55,102 bases of DNA from an uncultured Eubacteriales bacterium (lineage in GTDB: Bacteria; Bacillota; Clostridia; Oscillospirales; Acutalibacteraceae), in NCBI GenBank assembly GCA_964368155.1, contig CAYJBU010000002.1, positions 1 through 55,102 of the forward strand, given 5' to 3'. Shown one piece after another: positions 19,842-29,167 of the stretch. The stretch's first letter is position 1, and the number at the start of each line of letters is the position of its first letter. The translations under genes and the position numbers were made by a program. The notes under the pieces were generated by a model, which was not told the DNA's origin, made no database searches, and saw only the letters and a program-made list of their open reading frames with translations.

Positions 19842-20882
19842 TCATTGTGATATCTGAGTCACGTATATTGCCATACCCGTGCAGATGATTAGTAAAATGA
19901 TTGTAGAGGGATTAAAAATTGCAGCGGAAATTTTATCACCCGTTTTAAGAAATCTATATTTTTGGTTTTTTGGCAATTTAATTTGCTTTGTAGCAATTAA
20001 TATAATCAATGATATTAAACCAAGAAGTATAAGTCCGTAGAAAATCGCATTGTTAAGCACGATGTTCAAAGGATTATCTACACCTAAATGGGCAGATAAC
20101 ATTGAAAGCACGCAAGCGGTGAAGTTATTGATGAAATGAACTGCAACTGCATACCAAAGATTAGAAGTTTTCACATAGATATAGCCAATCATTATTCCCA
20201 TAATCATGGTAACAAAAATTGAAACGACACTGATGTGTAAAATTCCGAATAGGAAAGCAGAAAAAACTATTGCGAATACATCGCCAAATCTTCTGAGTTT
20301 TGTAAGAACAACGCCTCTTAGAACCAACTCTTCTACTAAGGATGGAACAACAGCAACTGCAAGGATATAAAAGAAAGAACCCAGTAAATCTGTTGGCGCT
20401 GTAAATTCAGGAGTGTCAAGATTTAAACCATTATCATCTAGTAAATCCATTATCCAATAAGCTGGAATGTTGAGGAAAAATCCCATTCCAGCGCCAGCGA
20501 GAACATAAAGAAACGCGTTGCTTTTTGCTTTTTTGAATAATAAAATATCGCTAAAACGTTCGTTTTTTCTCCGCATATAGATAAGAAAAGGCAGACCTAA
20601 TCCCAAAAAAGTGGTGACGGCCGTAAATGAATATAGTACATCAAGAGATGTGTAGTAGTCGTAATTGGAATTTGCTGTATAAGCAATAAACCCAATAAGG
20701 AATAATAACAATGTTCCAACTACTGAAGCAACAAAAAAGAAAATCAAAGTCAAACTTAGACCCCCGGTAATTCGGGAGATGTCTTTTTTTGCTAGCTTTT
20801 TTCTGGAAATATATCCATATTCTGGAGTAAAGACTATTTGGTCTTCAAAGGGCGGCTGCCGCTGCTCAGTGTTGTAATACAT
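19842..20882 (-). CDS. CPBP (CAAX) family intramembrane metalloprotease
   Basis: 346 aa and polytopic, with motifs EELVLRG, FGILH and HFINN. Confidence 0.85.
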   Translation of the reverse strand: MYYNTEQRQPPFEDQIVFTPEYGYISRKKLAKKDISRITGGLSLTLIFFFVASVVGTLLLFLIGFIAYTANSNYDYYTSLDVLYSFTAVTTFLGLGLPFLIYMRRKNERFSDILLFKKAKSNAFLYVLAGAGMGFFLNIPAYWIMDLLDDNGLNLDTPEFTAPTDLLGSFFYILAVAVVPSLVEELVLRGVVLTKLRRFGDVFAIVFSAFLFGILHISVVSIFVTMIMGIMIGYIYVKTSNLWYAVAVHFINNFTACVLSMLSAHLGVDNPLNIVLNNAIFYGLILLGLISLIILIATKQIKLPKNQKYRFLKTGDKISAAIFNPSTIILLIICTGMAIYVTQISQ

Positions 20883-20897
20883 TTTTGGCTATTCCTT

Positions 20898-22769
20898 TCA
20901 CATTAAACTGCAAATATTGTTAGAAAATTCAACAGGGTCATCAATTTCAAGCCCCTCAATTAAAAGTGCTTGGGTGTAAAGCAATTGTGCGTATAACTTA
21001 ACTTTGTCTTTGTCACTGCTAAAATAATTAACAAGAGAAGCGAAAACCTTGTGGTCAGGGTTAATCTCAAGAACTCTTTCGGCTTTGATTTTATCGCTGT
21101 TTGGCATTGAATTGATAACTTTTTCCATTTCAATGCTGATGTCGCCTTGTGAAGAAAGGCAAACAGGGTGAGATTTTAACTTTGATGATAAAATTACATT
21201 GCTGACTTTGTCGTTTAAGCTCTCTTTAAGGTAATCCAACAATTCTTTGTTGTCATTTTTCTTTTGTTCTGCTTCTTTTTTCTCTTCTTCGGTCTCTAAG
21301 CCGAGGTCTTCTGTGGAAATGTTCTTGAATTTTTTGCCCTCGTACTCCCCGAGCATTTTAAGAGCAAATTCGTCAACATTATCTGTTAAATATAGTATCT
21401 CAAAACCTTTATCTTTTACTAATTCAGTTTGAGGTAAAAGTGAAATTCTTTGTGTTGATTCGCCACAGGCATAGTAAATATCTTCTTGCCCTTCTTTCAT
21501 TCTTTCGAAATACTCTTTGATTGTTGTGAGTTTTTCTTCAAGAGAAGATGTAAAAAGCACTAAGTCTTTTAAAGCGTCTTTGTTTGCACCATACTCTTGA
21601 TAAATGCCAAATTTCAGCTGAAGCCCGAAAGACTTAAAGAAATCTTCGTATTTTTCTCTGTCGTTTTGCAACATGGACTTTAATTCTGAAGAGATTTTTT
21701 TCTCAAGACGAGTAGCAATCATTTTAAGTTGTCTGTCGTGTTGTAGCATTTCTCTTGAAATGTTAAGTGACAAATCTTGAGAATCGACCAAACCTTTAAC
21801 GAAGCTGAAATAATCAGGGAGTAAGTCTCCACATTTCTCCATAATCATAACGCCACTTGCATATAATTGCAAGCCTTTTTCATATTCTCTTGTGTAATAA
21901 TCCATTGGAGCGGACTTTGGAATAAAGAGCATTGCATTAAAAGTTGAAGCACCCTCTGTAGAAGTTCTGATAACTCTTATCGGGTCTTGCCAGTCGAAGA
22001 ATTTTTCTTTGTAGAAACTGTTGATTTCTTCTTCGCCTGTTTCAGCTTTTGATTTTTTCCAAATAGGAATCATGCTGTTCAAAGTAACTTCTTCTTGGTA
22101 ATGGTCATATTCGCCTTCTGCACCCTCTTTTGGCTTAACTCTTTCCATGCTCATTTTAATAGGGTAGCGAATGTAATCTGAATATTTTTTTACGAGACCT
22201 TGAATTTTATATTGTTCTATAAACTCATTATAATTCTCGTCCTCGGTACTTTCTTTAAAATAAATGGTAATCTCGGTTCCGACTGAATCCTTTTCGGCTT
22301 CTTCGATTGTATAGCCCTCAACTCCTTGTGATTCCCATAAATTCGCTGTATCGCTACCAAAAGATTTGCTCAAAACAGTCAGCTTGTCTGCTACCATAAA
22401 TGCTGAATAGAAACCTACTCCGAATTGACCTATGATATCTATTTCTTCTTTTTTATCGCTGTTTGTTTTAAAATCAAGCGACCCACTTTTTGCGATTACA
22501 CCCAGATTGTTTTCAAGCTCTTGTGCTGTCATTCCAATTCCGTTGTCACAAATTTTAAGGGTTCTGTTTTCTTTGTCAATAACAAGATTAATGCTAAAAT
22601 CGTCTCTTGAGAGTCCTGTAATACCCTCGTTTAATGATTTATAATAAAGTTTATCCAAAGCGTCGCTTGCATTGGAAATTAACTCACGCAAGAAAATCTC
22701 TTTGTGCGTATAAATCGAGTTAATCATTAAATCCAGTATTCTTTTTGACTCAGTTTGAAATTGTTTCAT
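20898..22769 (-). CDS. htpG: Molecular chaperone HtpG (Hsp90)
   Basis: 623 aa. The N-terminal [16 protein letters not shown] is the GHKL ATPase signature. Confidence 0.97.
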   Translation of the reverse strand: MKQFQTESKRILDLMINSIYTHKEIFLRELISNASDALDKLYYKSLNEGITGLSRDDFSINLVIDKENRTLKICDNGIGMTAQELENNLGVIAKSGSLDFKTNSDKKEEIDIIGQFGVGFYSAFMVADKLTVLSKSFGSDTANLWESQGVEGYTIEEAEKDSVGTEITIYFKESTEDENYNEFIEQYKIQGLVKKYSDYIRYPIKMSMERVKPKEGAEGEYDHYQEEVTLNSMIPIWKKSKAETGEEEINSFYKEKFFDWQDPIRVIRTSTEGASTFNAMLFIPKSAPMDYYTREYEKGLQLYASGVMIMEKCGDLLPDYFSFVKGLVDSQDLSLNISREMLQHDRQLKMIATRLEKKISSELKSMLQNDREKYEDFFKSFGLQLKFGIYQEYGANKDALKDLVLFTSSLEEKLTTIKEYFERMKEGQEDIYYACGESTQRISLLPQTELVKDKGFEILYLTDNVDEFALKMLGEYEGKKFKNISTEDLGLETEEEKKEAEQKKNDNKELLDYLKESLNDKVSNVILSSKLKSHPVCLSSQGDISIEMEKVINSMPNSDKIKAERVLEINPDHKVFASLVNYFSSDKDKVKLYAQLLYTQALLIEGLEIDDPVEFSNNICSLM

Positions 22770-23038
22770 TTTTTATCGTCCTTTCTCGGAATTGTGCCGT
22801 TTAATTTTAAATAAATTTGTAGTTTACCTCCAAAGGCACAAACGCATAGCCTGAAAATTTATGTTCAGGCTAAACCTTCCTTTTCAATATATCTCAGTAC
22901 AGTATATATTATTATTGTGAAAAAAATGTGAATATTTTTAAAAAAAATCTTTCATAAGTAAGGAAATTGTGTTAGAATATTAATTGCGCAACTTAAAATG
23001 AAAATGAGTGTTCATTAATAAGAAAGATGGTTAATTAA

Positions 23039-24271
23039 ATGAGAGATAAAATTAGGAAATTGGGTCATGCAAAATTAAGTTTGTACATATTTTTTGTGCT
23101 TATAGCAATGGTCGCATTTGCAAATGGAATGAGTGATTCAATTATCAACAACTACTTTAAGGATTCGTACAATGTAGACGCTACTCAAAGAGCTTTTTTG
23201 GAGTTCCCACGTGAGTTACCAGGTGTGCTATGTCTGGTTGTTATCAGTTTGCTGTCTTTTTTTGGAGATGTTAAAACTGCATTGATTGCGCAGGTTTTGT
23301 CCTGTGTGGGAATTGCTGTTTTGGGTTTAATAACTCCCGAGTTTGCGGTTATGTCAATTTTTTTGTTTGTTTATTCGCTGGGAATGCACATGTTTATGCC
23401 TTTGTCGGACTCTATAGGAATGTCTTTGGCTGAGCCTGAAAAGCTAGGGAGTAGGATAGGGCAGTTTGGAAGTATTAAAACAGCTGCAGCTTTTTTAGCA
23501 GGAATTCTAGTGTTTTTTGGATTTCGTTTCGAGTGGTTTTCCTTTAAAATAGATACAAAATGGGCATTTATTATCAGTGCAATAGGTTATGCATTGTCGG
23601 CACTTTTGGTGATTTTTTTGGTTTTCTCAACAAGAAAGTCAAAAAATTTGAGCAAGGGAAGAAAGTTGAAATTTGTGTTCAGAAAAGAATACACACTTTA
23701 TTATTGTCTTACTATTCTTCATGGAGTTCAAAAACAAATCGCTATTTTATATGGTTCATGGGTTATCATTGACCTGCTTTCAAAAGGTGCAGATGTCATG
23801 TCAATTTTAATCATGCTAGGCAGTCTTTTGGGAATATTCTTCTTTCGAGTGGTTGGAAAGTGGATTGACACGAAAGGAATTAGATTTGTAATGTTCTTAG
23901 ATGCGTTGAGTTTTATATTTGTATATACTCTTTACGGGTTTGTTGTGTGGGGGATTAACGCAAACTTCTTTGCAAACATCACTGTTGCAACAATTATTGT
24001 GTATGCGTTGTTTATTTTAGACCGCCTTTCGATGCAAGTGGGAGTGGTTAAATCAGTGTATCTCAAAAGAATTGCAGTATCAGAAGAAGAAGTGACCGCA
24101 ACTTTATCCACAGGAATAAGTTTGGATCACGTCGTCTCGATAATTGCCGCACAAGTTAGCGGAGTTATTTGGGTTTTTTGGGGACCTCAGTGGGTGTTTT
24201 TCTTTGCTGCATTTTTCTCTTTAGGAAATCTTTTTATCGCCTATTTAATGCCAAAGGATAAAGTGAGCTAG
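23039..24271 (+). CDS. MFS transporter
   Basis: 410 aa with about 12 predicted TM helices. The substrate is unknown. Confidence 0.8.
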   Translation: MRDKIRKLGHAKLSLYIFFVLIAMVAFANGMSDSIINNYFKDSYNVDATQRAFLEFPRELPGVLCLVVISLLSFFGDVKTALIAQVLSCVGIAVLGLITPEFAVMSIFLFVYSLGMHMFMPLSDSIGMSLAEPEKLGSRIGQFGSIKTAAAFLAGILVFFGFRFEWFSFKIDTKWAFIISAIGYALSALLVIFLVFSTRKSKNLSKGRKLKFVFRKEYTLYYCLTILHGVQKQIAILYGSWVIIDLLSKGADVMSILIMLGSLLGIFFFRVVGKWIDTKGIRFVMFLDALSFIFVYTLYGFVVWGINANFFANITVATIIVYALFILDRLSMQVGVVKSVYLKRIAVSEEEVTATLSTGISLDHVVSIIAAQVSGVIWVFWGPQWVFFFAAFFSLGNLFIAYLMPKDKVS

Positions 24272-24558
24272 GCTATTCGGTTAAGTCTGTTAACGGAAAA
24301 CAGTTCGGTTTTGTCCATGGTGTTTCTGACGAAATTTTTTATGTGTTCGCTAGACAAATGATGGCTTAAACCGATTTCGCTCTCCCAAATTTCATATGTA
24401 AAAAAAACAGTGTCGTTAGTTGCGTCTTGATACACTCCGTATCTCATGCAGCCGGGTTCAGACTTGCTAGGGACTACAAGTTTTGATAGTTCGTCTTTCA
24501 CAAAATTTACATACTGATATTTTGCCCTGATTATAGTTATTACTGCTAATGGATTCAT
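24268..24558 (-). CDS. Antibiotic-biosynthesis-monooxygenase (ABM) domain protein
   Basis: About 96 aa from M5. The pattern SEPGCMRY...FFTYEIWESEIGLSHHLSSEH fits the ABM/quinol monooxygenase fold. Its stop overlaps the stop of the convergent MFS gene by 4 nt. Confidence 0.75.
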   Translation of the reverse strand: MNPLAVITIIRAKYQYVNFVKDELSKLVVPSKSEPGCMRYGVYQDATNDTVFFTYEIWESEIGLSHHLSSEHIKNFVRNTMDKTELFSVNRLNRIA

Positions 24559-24569
24559 TATAAAAATCA

Positions 24570-24610
24570 CCCCTTTTGTTTTTGTAATATATATTCAAAA
24601 ACAAAAGGGG
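24570..24610 (-). terminator. 15-bp hairpin after the GT2 gene; its 3' arm contains the RBS of the ABM gene
   Basis: CCCCTTTTGTTTTTG / CAAAAACAAAAGGGG are perfect arms. On the minus strand they are followed by TGATTTTTATA-ATG. Confidence 0.6.
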
Positions 24611-24621
24611 TTATACTATTT

Positions 24622-25389
24622 CTATAGCTTTTTTACATACTTTAATTTTCTGTAAATATAGGCTAGTGGAGTGATTTTTGCAAGAAAAAAAGCAGAGATT
24701 ACTCCCATTTTTTCAGAATGTCTGAAAACTGCATAATGCTGTTTTAGCAAATTAATCAATCCGCTTTTTGACTGTGAATTATCCCTCACCCTGTAAAAAG
24801 CTAGATTTTCTGCAAGGCAGTGACAATCACTTTTTTCGCTTATTTTAAGCCACAAAGCCCAGTCGTCACGGATTTTGTAGTTTTCAAGATATGTTTTGCC
24901 TAATATTTCTGCGTCAAAAATAACTGTGAGGCAACCACACCAATTCCAAAGTCTGAACTTTGATTTTGAAATTCGCAGTGGGGCTGTGGTTAATATATTT
25001 AGTTTTTTTGAGTGCTCGTCAATCAACTCGTAATGAGTACAGGTAAAAGAAAAGTTGTTTTGTTGCATAAAATTAATTTGCTTTTCAAGCTTATCTTCTT
25101 TCCACACGTCGTCGCTGTCTAAAAAAGCAATGAATTTTCCACTCGATGCTTCAATTGCGTTGTTGCGAGAGACTAGTGCGCCTGAGTTTTGTGAGTTTAA
25201 GATATATTTTATTCTAGAGTCACTAAAAGATTGAACAATTTCTTTTGTGTTGTCAGGCGAGCAGTCATCAATAATGATAAGCTCCCAGTTTTTGTATGTT
25301 TGGTTTATAACACTTTTAACTGCTTCTTTAATATATCTAGCAGTGTTATAAGCAGGCATAACAATAGAGACTAGCGGTGATTTGTTCAA
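24622..25389 (-). CDS. Family 2 glycosyltransferase
   Basis: 255 aa. The N-terminal VSIVMPAYNTARYIKEAVKSVINQTY and the DDCSPD and DSDD motifs match the GT-A fold. Confidence 0.88.
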   Translation of the reverse strand: MNKSPLVSIVMPAYNTARYIKEAVKSVINQTYKNWELIIIDDCSPDNTKEIVQSFSDSRIKYILNSQNSGALVSRNNAIEASSGKFIAFLDSDDVWKEDKLEKQINFMQQNNFSFTCTHYELIDEHSKKLNILTTAPLRISKSKFRLWNWCGCLTVIFDAEILGKTYLENYKIRDDWALWLKISEKSDCHCLAENLAFYRVRDNSQSKSGLINLLKQHYAVFRHSEKMGVISAFFLAKITPLAYIYRKLKYVKKL

Positions 25390-25583
25390 TTAAGCAACCT
25401 CCCTTTAAATTGAGATTAAGAGAACGATTTATCAGATGTTCATTCGGAATATTCCAAAAAAATTTATATAGCTTGTATAAAGTTCCAATATTGCGCCCAT
25501 TATTCATGCATACATATTAACCCGAAGAGAAAATGGTAGTTTGAATAAGATGACTTAGGAACATAGAAAGGTTGATACATGAT

Positions 25584-26171
25584 ATGAAATTGATAAACAA
25601 GGTTCTGTTTTCAGGATTTGTTCTAACTGTGCTGTTTGCGTGTTTGGGATTTAGCGCAAGGAGCGAGTTCTTATCCGATAAAATAATCAGAATGCACGTT
25701 AAAGCGAATTCCGACACAGCATATGACCAAGAGATTAAACTAGCAGTTAAAGATGAAATTGTTGACTACACCCAAATGTTAATTGAATTCTCACACGACA
25801 AAACAGATGCTCTTGCTATTTTATCAGAAAATCTGGACGAGATAAATCAAGTAGCAAACACAGTTTTAGATGAAATCGACAGCACCTATTGTGCAACTGT
25901 TTCTCTGAAAAATTCTTTTTTTTCAACTCGTGAATACGAAACATTTACATTGCCTGCAGGAGACTACATGGCTCTTACGGTTGACATAGGAAGCGGAGAA
26001 GGGGAGAACTGGTGGTGTGTGGTCTATCCATCATTGTGCGAGGCTGTTGCGATTGAAGAGAGCAAAACAAAGGATTTGAGTGAAGAGGAGATAGAAATGA
26101 TAACCGAAACACCAAAAATATCATTCAAAATTTATGAGTGGTATTTGGAGTTGCTTGAATATTTCTCTTGA
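25584..26171 (+). CDS. spoIIR: Stage II sporulation protein R
   Basis: It has a signal/TM segment, then IRMHVKANSD...EIKLAVKDEIV and NWWCVVYPSLC, which are typical SpoIIR blocks. The ATG at 25584 is preferred over the TTG at 25572. Confidence 0.9.
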   Translation: MKLINKVLFSGFVLTVLFACLGFSARSEFLSDKIIRMHVKANSDTAYDQEIKLAVKDEIVDYTQMLIEFSHDKTDALAILSENLDEINQVANTVLDEIDSTYCATVSLKNSFFSTREYETFTLPAGDYMALTVDIGSGEGENWWCVVYPSLCEAVAIEESKTKDLSEEEIEMITETPKISFKIYEWYLELLEYFS

Positions 26172-26177
26172 AAAATA

Positions 26178-26202
26178 CCGTGCAGGATATTTTCCTGCAC
26201 GG
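26178..26202. terminator. Perfect 10-bp hairpin terminator, usable on both strands
   Basis: CCGTGCAGGA-tattt-TCCTGCACGG. On the plus strand it is followed by CTTAGTTGTTTT, and on the minus strand by TATTTTT. Confidence 0.8.
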
Positions 26203-26204
26203 CT

Positions 26205-26404
26205 TAGTTGTTTTAAGATACCCACCCAACCGTAATGTACCTATCAATAACCTGCTACTAAAAAAGCAGGTGGGTGTCTTCCCAACAGGTTCACGCTCCC
26301 TTCGTCCACAAAAGTGGGAGGTCTGCAATTCGCTGTCGGAGTAAAACTCCCTAAATAATGATTGTAGGGTTATTATGGTACGGTCCACGAATCAGGCAGG
26401 CTAG
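26205..26404 (-). ncRNA. Candidate structured non-coding RNA of unassigned family (strand tentative)
   Basis: The gap is gene-free and visibly richer in G+C than neighbouring spacers. On the minus strand a long closing helix pairs ACCGTACCATAATAACC (26384-26368) with GGTTATTGATAGGTACATTACGGT (26252-26229). Nested helices are CCGACAG/CTGTTGG, CTCCC/GGGAG and CCTGCT/AGCAGG. A possible pseudoknot pairs GACACCCACC (26278-26269) with GGTGGGTATC (26226-26217). The terminator at 26202-26178 follows. No convincing promoter was found, so this could instead be a 3'-UTR-derived RNA. Confidence 0.4.
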
Positions 26405-26454
26405 AAATTAGTTGCAATATGCAAACACAAAGCTAGCAACTATTAGAGTGAAAA

Positions 26455-26766
26455 TTATTCCTCTTCTTCTTCGTCGTCAAAATATTCTTCTTGGAAACGA
26501 CTTTCAAAAATTTCTGCTAGTTTGTCAAGTAATGCGTCGTCTTCAACTTCTAAAAGTTGTTCTTCACCATCTTCTTCTTGCGTTTCAAAGATGTAATAGG
26601 TGTCAGGATCTGCTAAATCTGTTTCTTTTGTGGAAACTAATGCAAGAAAATGCCCGTCATCAGTATCAATCTCATCAATTACTTCGAATTCATGCTCTTC
26701 GCCCTCGTCGTCGACTAGCATGATTATATCTGCTTCATAATCGTTACTCATTATAAACTCCTTCAA
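26455..26766 (-). CDS. DUF1292 (UPF0473) family small acidic protein
   Basis: 103 aa. DDEGEEHEFEVIDEIDTDDGHFLALV is the typical DUF1292 core, and the protein has an acidic tail. Confidence 0.85.
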   Translation of the reverse strand: MKEFIMSNDYEADIIMLVDDEGEEHEFEVIDEIDTDDGHFLALVSTKETDLADPDTYYIFETQEEDGEEQLLEVEDDALLDKLAEIFESRFQEEYFDDEEEEE

Positions 26767-26881
26767 TTATTTATACTCAAAACACGAAACTACAAACATC
26801 GGAAAATTAGATAAGTATCCACATTATTATATTCATAAAATTTCAATTGTATTCGCATTGAGTTATTAATGTTGTACCTAT

Positions 26882-26910
26882 ATTTTACCCAATTTTACCG
26901 AAATAGTCAA
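26882..26910 (-). promoter_or_regulatory. Sigma-A promoter of the DUF1292 gene
   Basis: On the minus strand: TTGACT, a 17-nt spacer, then TAAAAT. Confidence 0.55.
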
Positions 26911-26920
26911 GTGTTTTTTT

Positions 26921-26952
26921 AAAATCAAAAAGACCACCCTATTGGGTGGTCT
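26921..26952 (-). terminator. Intrinsic terminator of the 5S rRNA gene
   Basis: On the minus strand: AGACCACCC-aata-GGGTGGTCT followed by TTTTGATTTT, immediately 3' of the 5S sequence. Confidence 0.8.
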
Positions 26953-26956
26953 TTTG

Positions 26957-27071
<115 letters not shown>

Positions 27072-27097
27072 CTTTGTTTGTCGTTGACGACTTAGTA

Positions 27098-27126
27098 ATA
27101 ATACCACACCTGACGACATTTGTCAA
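27098..27126 (-). promoter_or_regulatory. Consensus sigma-A promoter dedicated to the 5S gene
   Basis: On the minus strand: TTGACA, a 17-nt spacer, then TATTAT, ending about 25 nt upstream of the mature 5S 5' end. Confidence 0.7.
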
Positions 27127-27134
27127 CACTTTTT

Positions 27135-27980
27135 TTAAAATTTTTTTAAATATTTTAAAAGTCGAGGAATTTCACACTCAAAAGCCACTCCATATCTCTT
27201 TTCCAAGCATAAGTTTTGCGAGGTTTCTATACAATGATATGTGTAATCTACAGCGATTTGAGCGCTTTCAAAAAATGAAAAACCACTCAACATTGAAGAA
27301 AATAGGGTGGAGGCAAAAATGTCGCCTGTCCCGTGAAAACTGTCGAATACATTTTTATTGTGGAGAAATGAACTTTCTAAAGTTTGCGAGTCATAACAAA
27401 ACGCTCCAATTTCTTTATTATCAAAGCTAACTCCAGTAATTACAATTTTTTTTGCTCCAAGAGAAGAAAGTTTTTTCGCTGTGCTCTTTATATACTCAAT
27501 GTCGTAATTTTCTCCAACATAGTCTTCTCCCAAAAGAAATGCAGCTTCGGTTAAATTAGGAGTGATTATATCAGCTTTTGCACAAAGATTTTTCATTCCC
27601 TCAATCATTTCAGAAGAGTAAATACTGTAAAGCTTACCGTGGTCAGCCATCACAGGGTCGAGCAATATCAAAGAATTATTATCTGAAAAATTATCGAATA
27701 TATCATTAACCATCGAAATTTGCATAGCTGAACCTAAAAAACCACTGTAAATTCCATCAAATTTTAGATTAAGACTGTCAAAATGGTTGCTGATTTTTGG
27801 AATATCCTCTGTCAAATCTCTGTAAGTGAATCCTGTGAAACCTCCAGGATGAGTTGAGAGAATTGCTGTGGGCAAAACAGATGTGTTAATGCCACAGGCA
27901 GATAAAATAGGCAAAGCGATTGTCATTGAACATCTGCCCACGCAAGAAATATCGTGAATTGCAAGTGCTTTTTTTTGCAT
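27135..27980 (-). CDS. pdxK: Pyridoxal/pyridoxamine kinase
   Basis: 281 aa of the ribokinase-like fold. The N-terminus ALAIHDISCVGRCSMTIALPILSACG is typical of Firmicute pyridoxamine kinases. It has a C-terminal GTGD motif. Confidence 0.88.
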   Translation of the reverse strand: MQKKALAIHDISCVGRCSMTIALPILSACGINTSVLPTAILSTHPGGFTGFTYRDLTEDIPKISNHFDSLNLKFDGIYSGFLGSAMQISMVNDIFDNFSDNNSLILLDPVMADHGKLYSIYSSEMIEGMKNLCAKADIITPNLTEAAFLLGEDYVGENYDIEYIKSTAKKLSSLGAKKIVITGVSFDNKEIGAFCYDSQTLESSFLHNKNVFDSFHGTGDIFASTLFSSMLSGFSFFESAQIAVDYTYHCIETSQNLCLEKRYGVAFECEIPRLLKYLKKF

Positions 27981-28074
27981 TGGATAAAATCTCCTTTTGG
28001 TTTTGTGGTTGACTTTATTTGTGACTTAATAGGGGACATGGCAAGCCATGTCCCTACTAATTTAAAATTAAATT

Positions 28075-29157
28075 TTACTCGTATTTACCGAGTTCTAAAC
28101 CTTTTTTAATGAAATATTGATATGTTTCAAAGTCAACAGTCTTTGGAATTGAGTGGTCTGAATGAAGCATGTATCCGAAGCCTTGTTTAACTTTTGGAAT
28201 TTTCGCTTCAAGCTCTGCATCGATAACTGCTTTGTCATTAGAATATAGCGCCCTGACGTCAATACCACCCATCAATGCAATTTTGTCGCCATATTGCTCG
28301 TGTATTCTAAGTAAATCCATTCCTGCCTTAACCTCGATAACTTGCAAGCAGTCAATTCCTGCCTCAATCATATGGGGGAGAAGAGGCTCGACAAAGCCAC
28401 ATGAATGCATGATTACAGGAAGTCCCAAACTGTGTGCAAAATCACAGCTTTTTTTGTGAGAAGGCATAATTAATTCAACGTATTTTTCAGGGGACATAAA
28501 CGGTTTATGTTTAAAGCCCATGTCTTCATAGAACCAAATTCCGTCGGGGTATCCCTCTTGTTCAAATAGCATTTTTTGCATTTCTATACAAACGTCAATC
28601 AGCTGTTCAGCCATTTCAGCAATCCATTCAGGTTCTAAAATCATTCCAACTAGCATGTGTTCGTGACCACAAATAGGGTGCATCATTTCAAATACATTCA
28701 CACCGCTCCAGCAGAAAAATCTTTCTTCTTTTGCAGCTTTAGCCTTAGCATCTCTATAAGCTTCAAAGTTAATTCTTCTTGGTTCAGCTTTTAACTTGTG
28801 TTTAATTTTGTCCCAGTCTTCTTTTTCGGTAATAGTAAATCCGATGTGCTCGGGAGTGGTATTATGCCCTTTGTAATGCTTTAATATCGCTCCGTTGCCG
28901 TCTTTTTTTGTAATTGTGTTTTCTGTTTCTTCAATGATTTCAGGAACAAAATCCAAATCAATAACCATGTTGAATGCCCAACATTCAGCAACGTCAAAAT
29001 TAAAAACGTCATCAAAAGAATCGTCTTTAGAAATTTTGCCTTGCTCAATCCATGCGTTTCTGGTGTCACTCCAAAAATGCTCATAAAGTGCAATTCTGTC
29101 GACTGGTTGGTGTTTTAGTATCTTAGTAATTCGCTCTTTTCCTGTCATTTCAATCAA
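28075..29157 (-). CDS. Uroporphyrinogen decarboxylase (URO-D) family protein, MtaA/CmuA-like; function unknown
   Basis: 360 aa. The size and sequence style match the URO-D-like TIM-barrel proteins common in Clostridia. No corrinoid protein or heme genes lie nearby. Confidence 0.7.
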   Translation of the reverse strand: MIEMTGKERITKILKHQPVDRIALYEHFWSDTRNAWIEQGKISKDDSFDDVFNFDVAECWAFNMVIDLDFVPEIIEETENTITKKDGNGAILKHYKGHNTTPEHIGFTITEKEDWDKIKHKLKAEPRRINFEAYRDAKAKAAKEERFFCWSGVNVFEMMHPICGHEHMLVGMILEPEWIAEMAEQLIDVCIEMQKMLFEQEGYPDGIWFYEDMGFKHKPFMSPEKYVELIMPSHKKSCDFAHSLGLPVIMHSCGFVEPLLPHMIEAGIDCLQVIEVKAGMDLLRIHEQYGDKIALMGGIDVRALYSNDKAVIDAELEAKIPKVKQGFGYMLHSDHSIPKTVDFETYQYFIKKGLELGKYE

Positions 29158-29167
29158 CTCCTTTAAT

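Noticed and set aside
24268-24271. Convergent MFS and ABM genes overlap by 4 nt at a palindromic CTAG that supplies both stop codons.
   Set aside because: It is a curiosity of compact genomes. No functional inference can be supported from sequence alone.
25500-25540. Sigma-F-type promoter upstream of spoIIR (GCATA ... aGAGAAAATG).
   Set aside because: It is only a partial match, with spacing shorter than the consensus as I remember it. That is too weak to list as a feature.
26125-26388. 87-aa minus-strand ORF covering the structured-RNA gap.
   Set aside because: It overlaps the 3' end of spoIIR and the terminator hairpin, has no RBS, and has an Arg/Cys/Thr-rich odd composition. The region is better explained as RNA structure.
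26412-26723. 103-aa plus-strand ORF opposite the DUF1292 gene.
   Set aside because: The minus-strand frame gives the recognisable acidic DUF1292 protein with an RBS (GAAGGAG). The plus frame is an artefact of GAA/GAT-rich codons.
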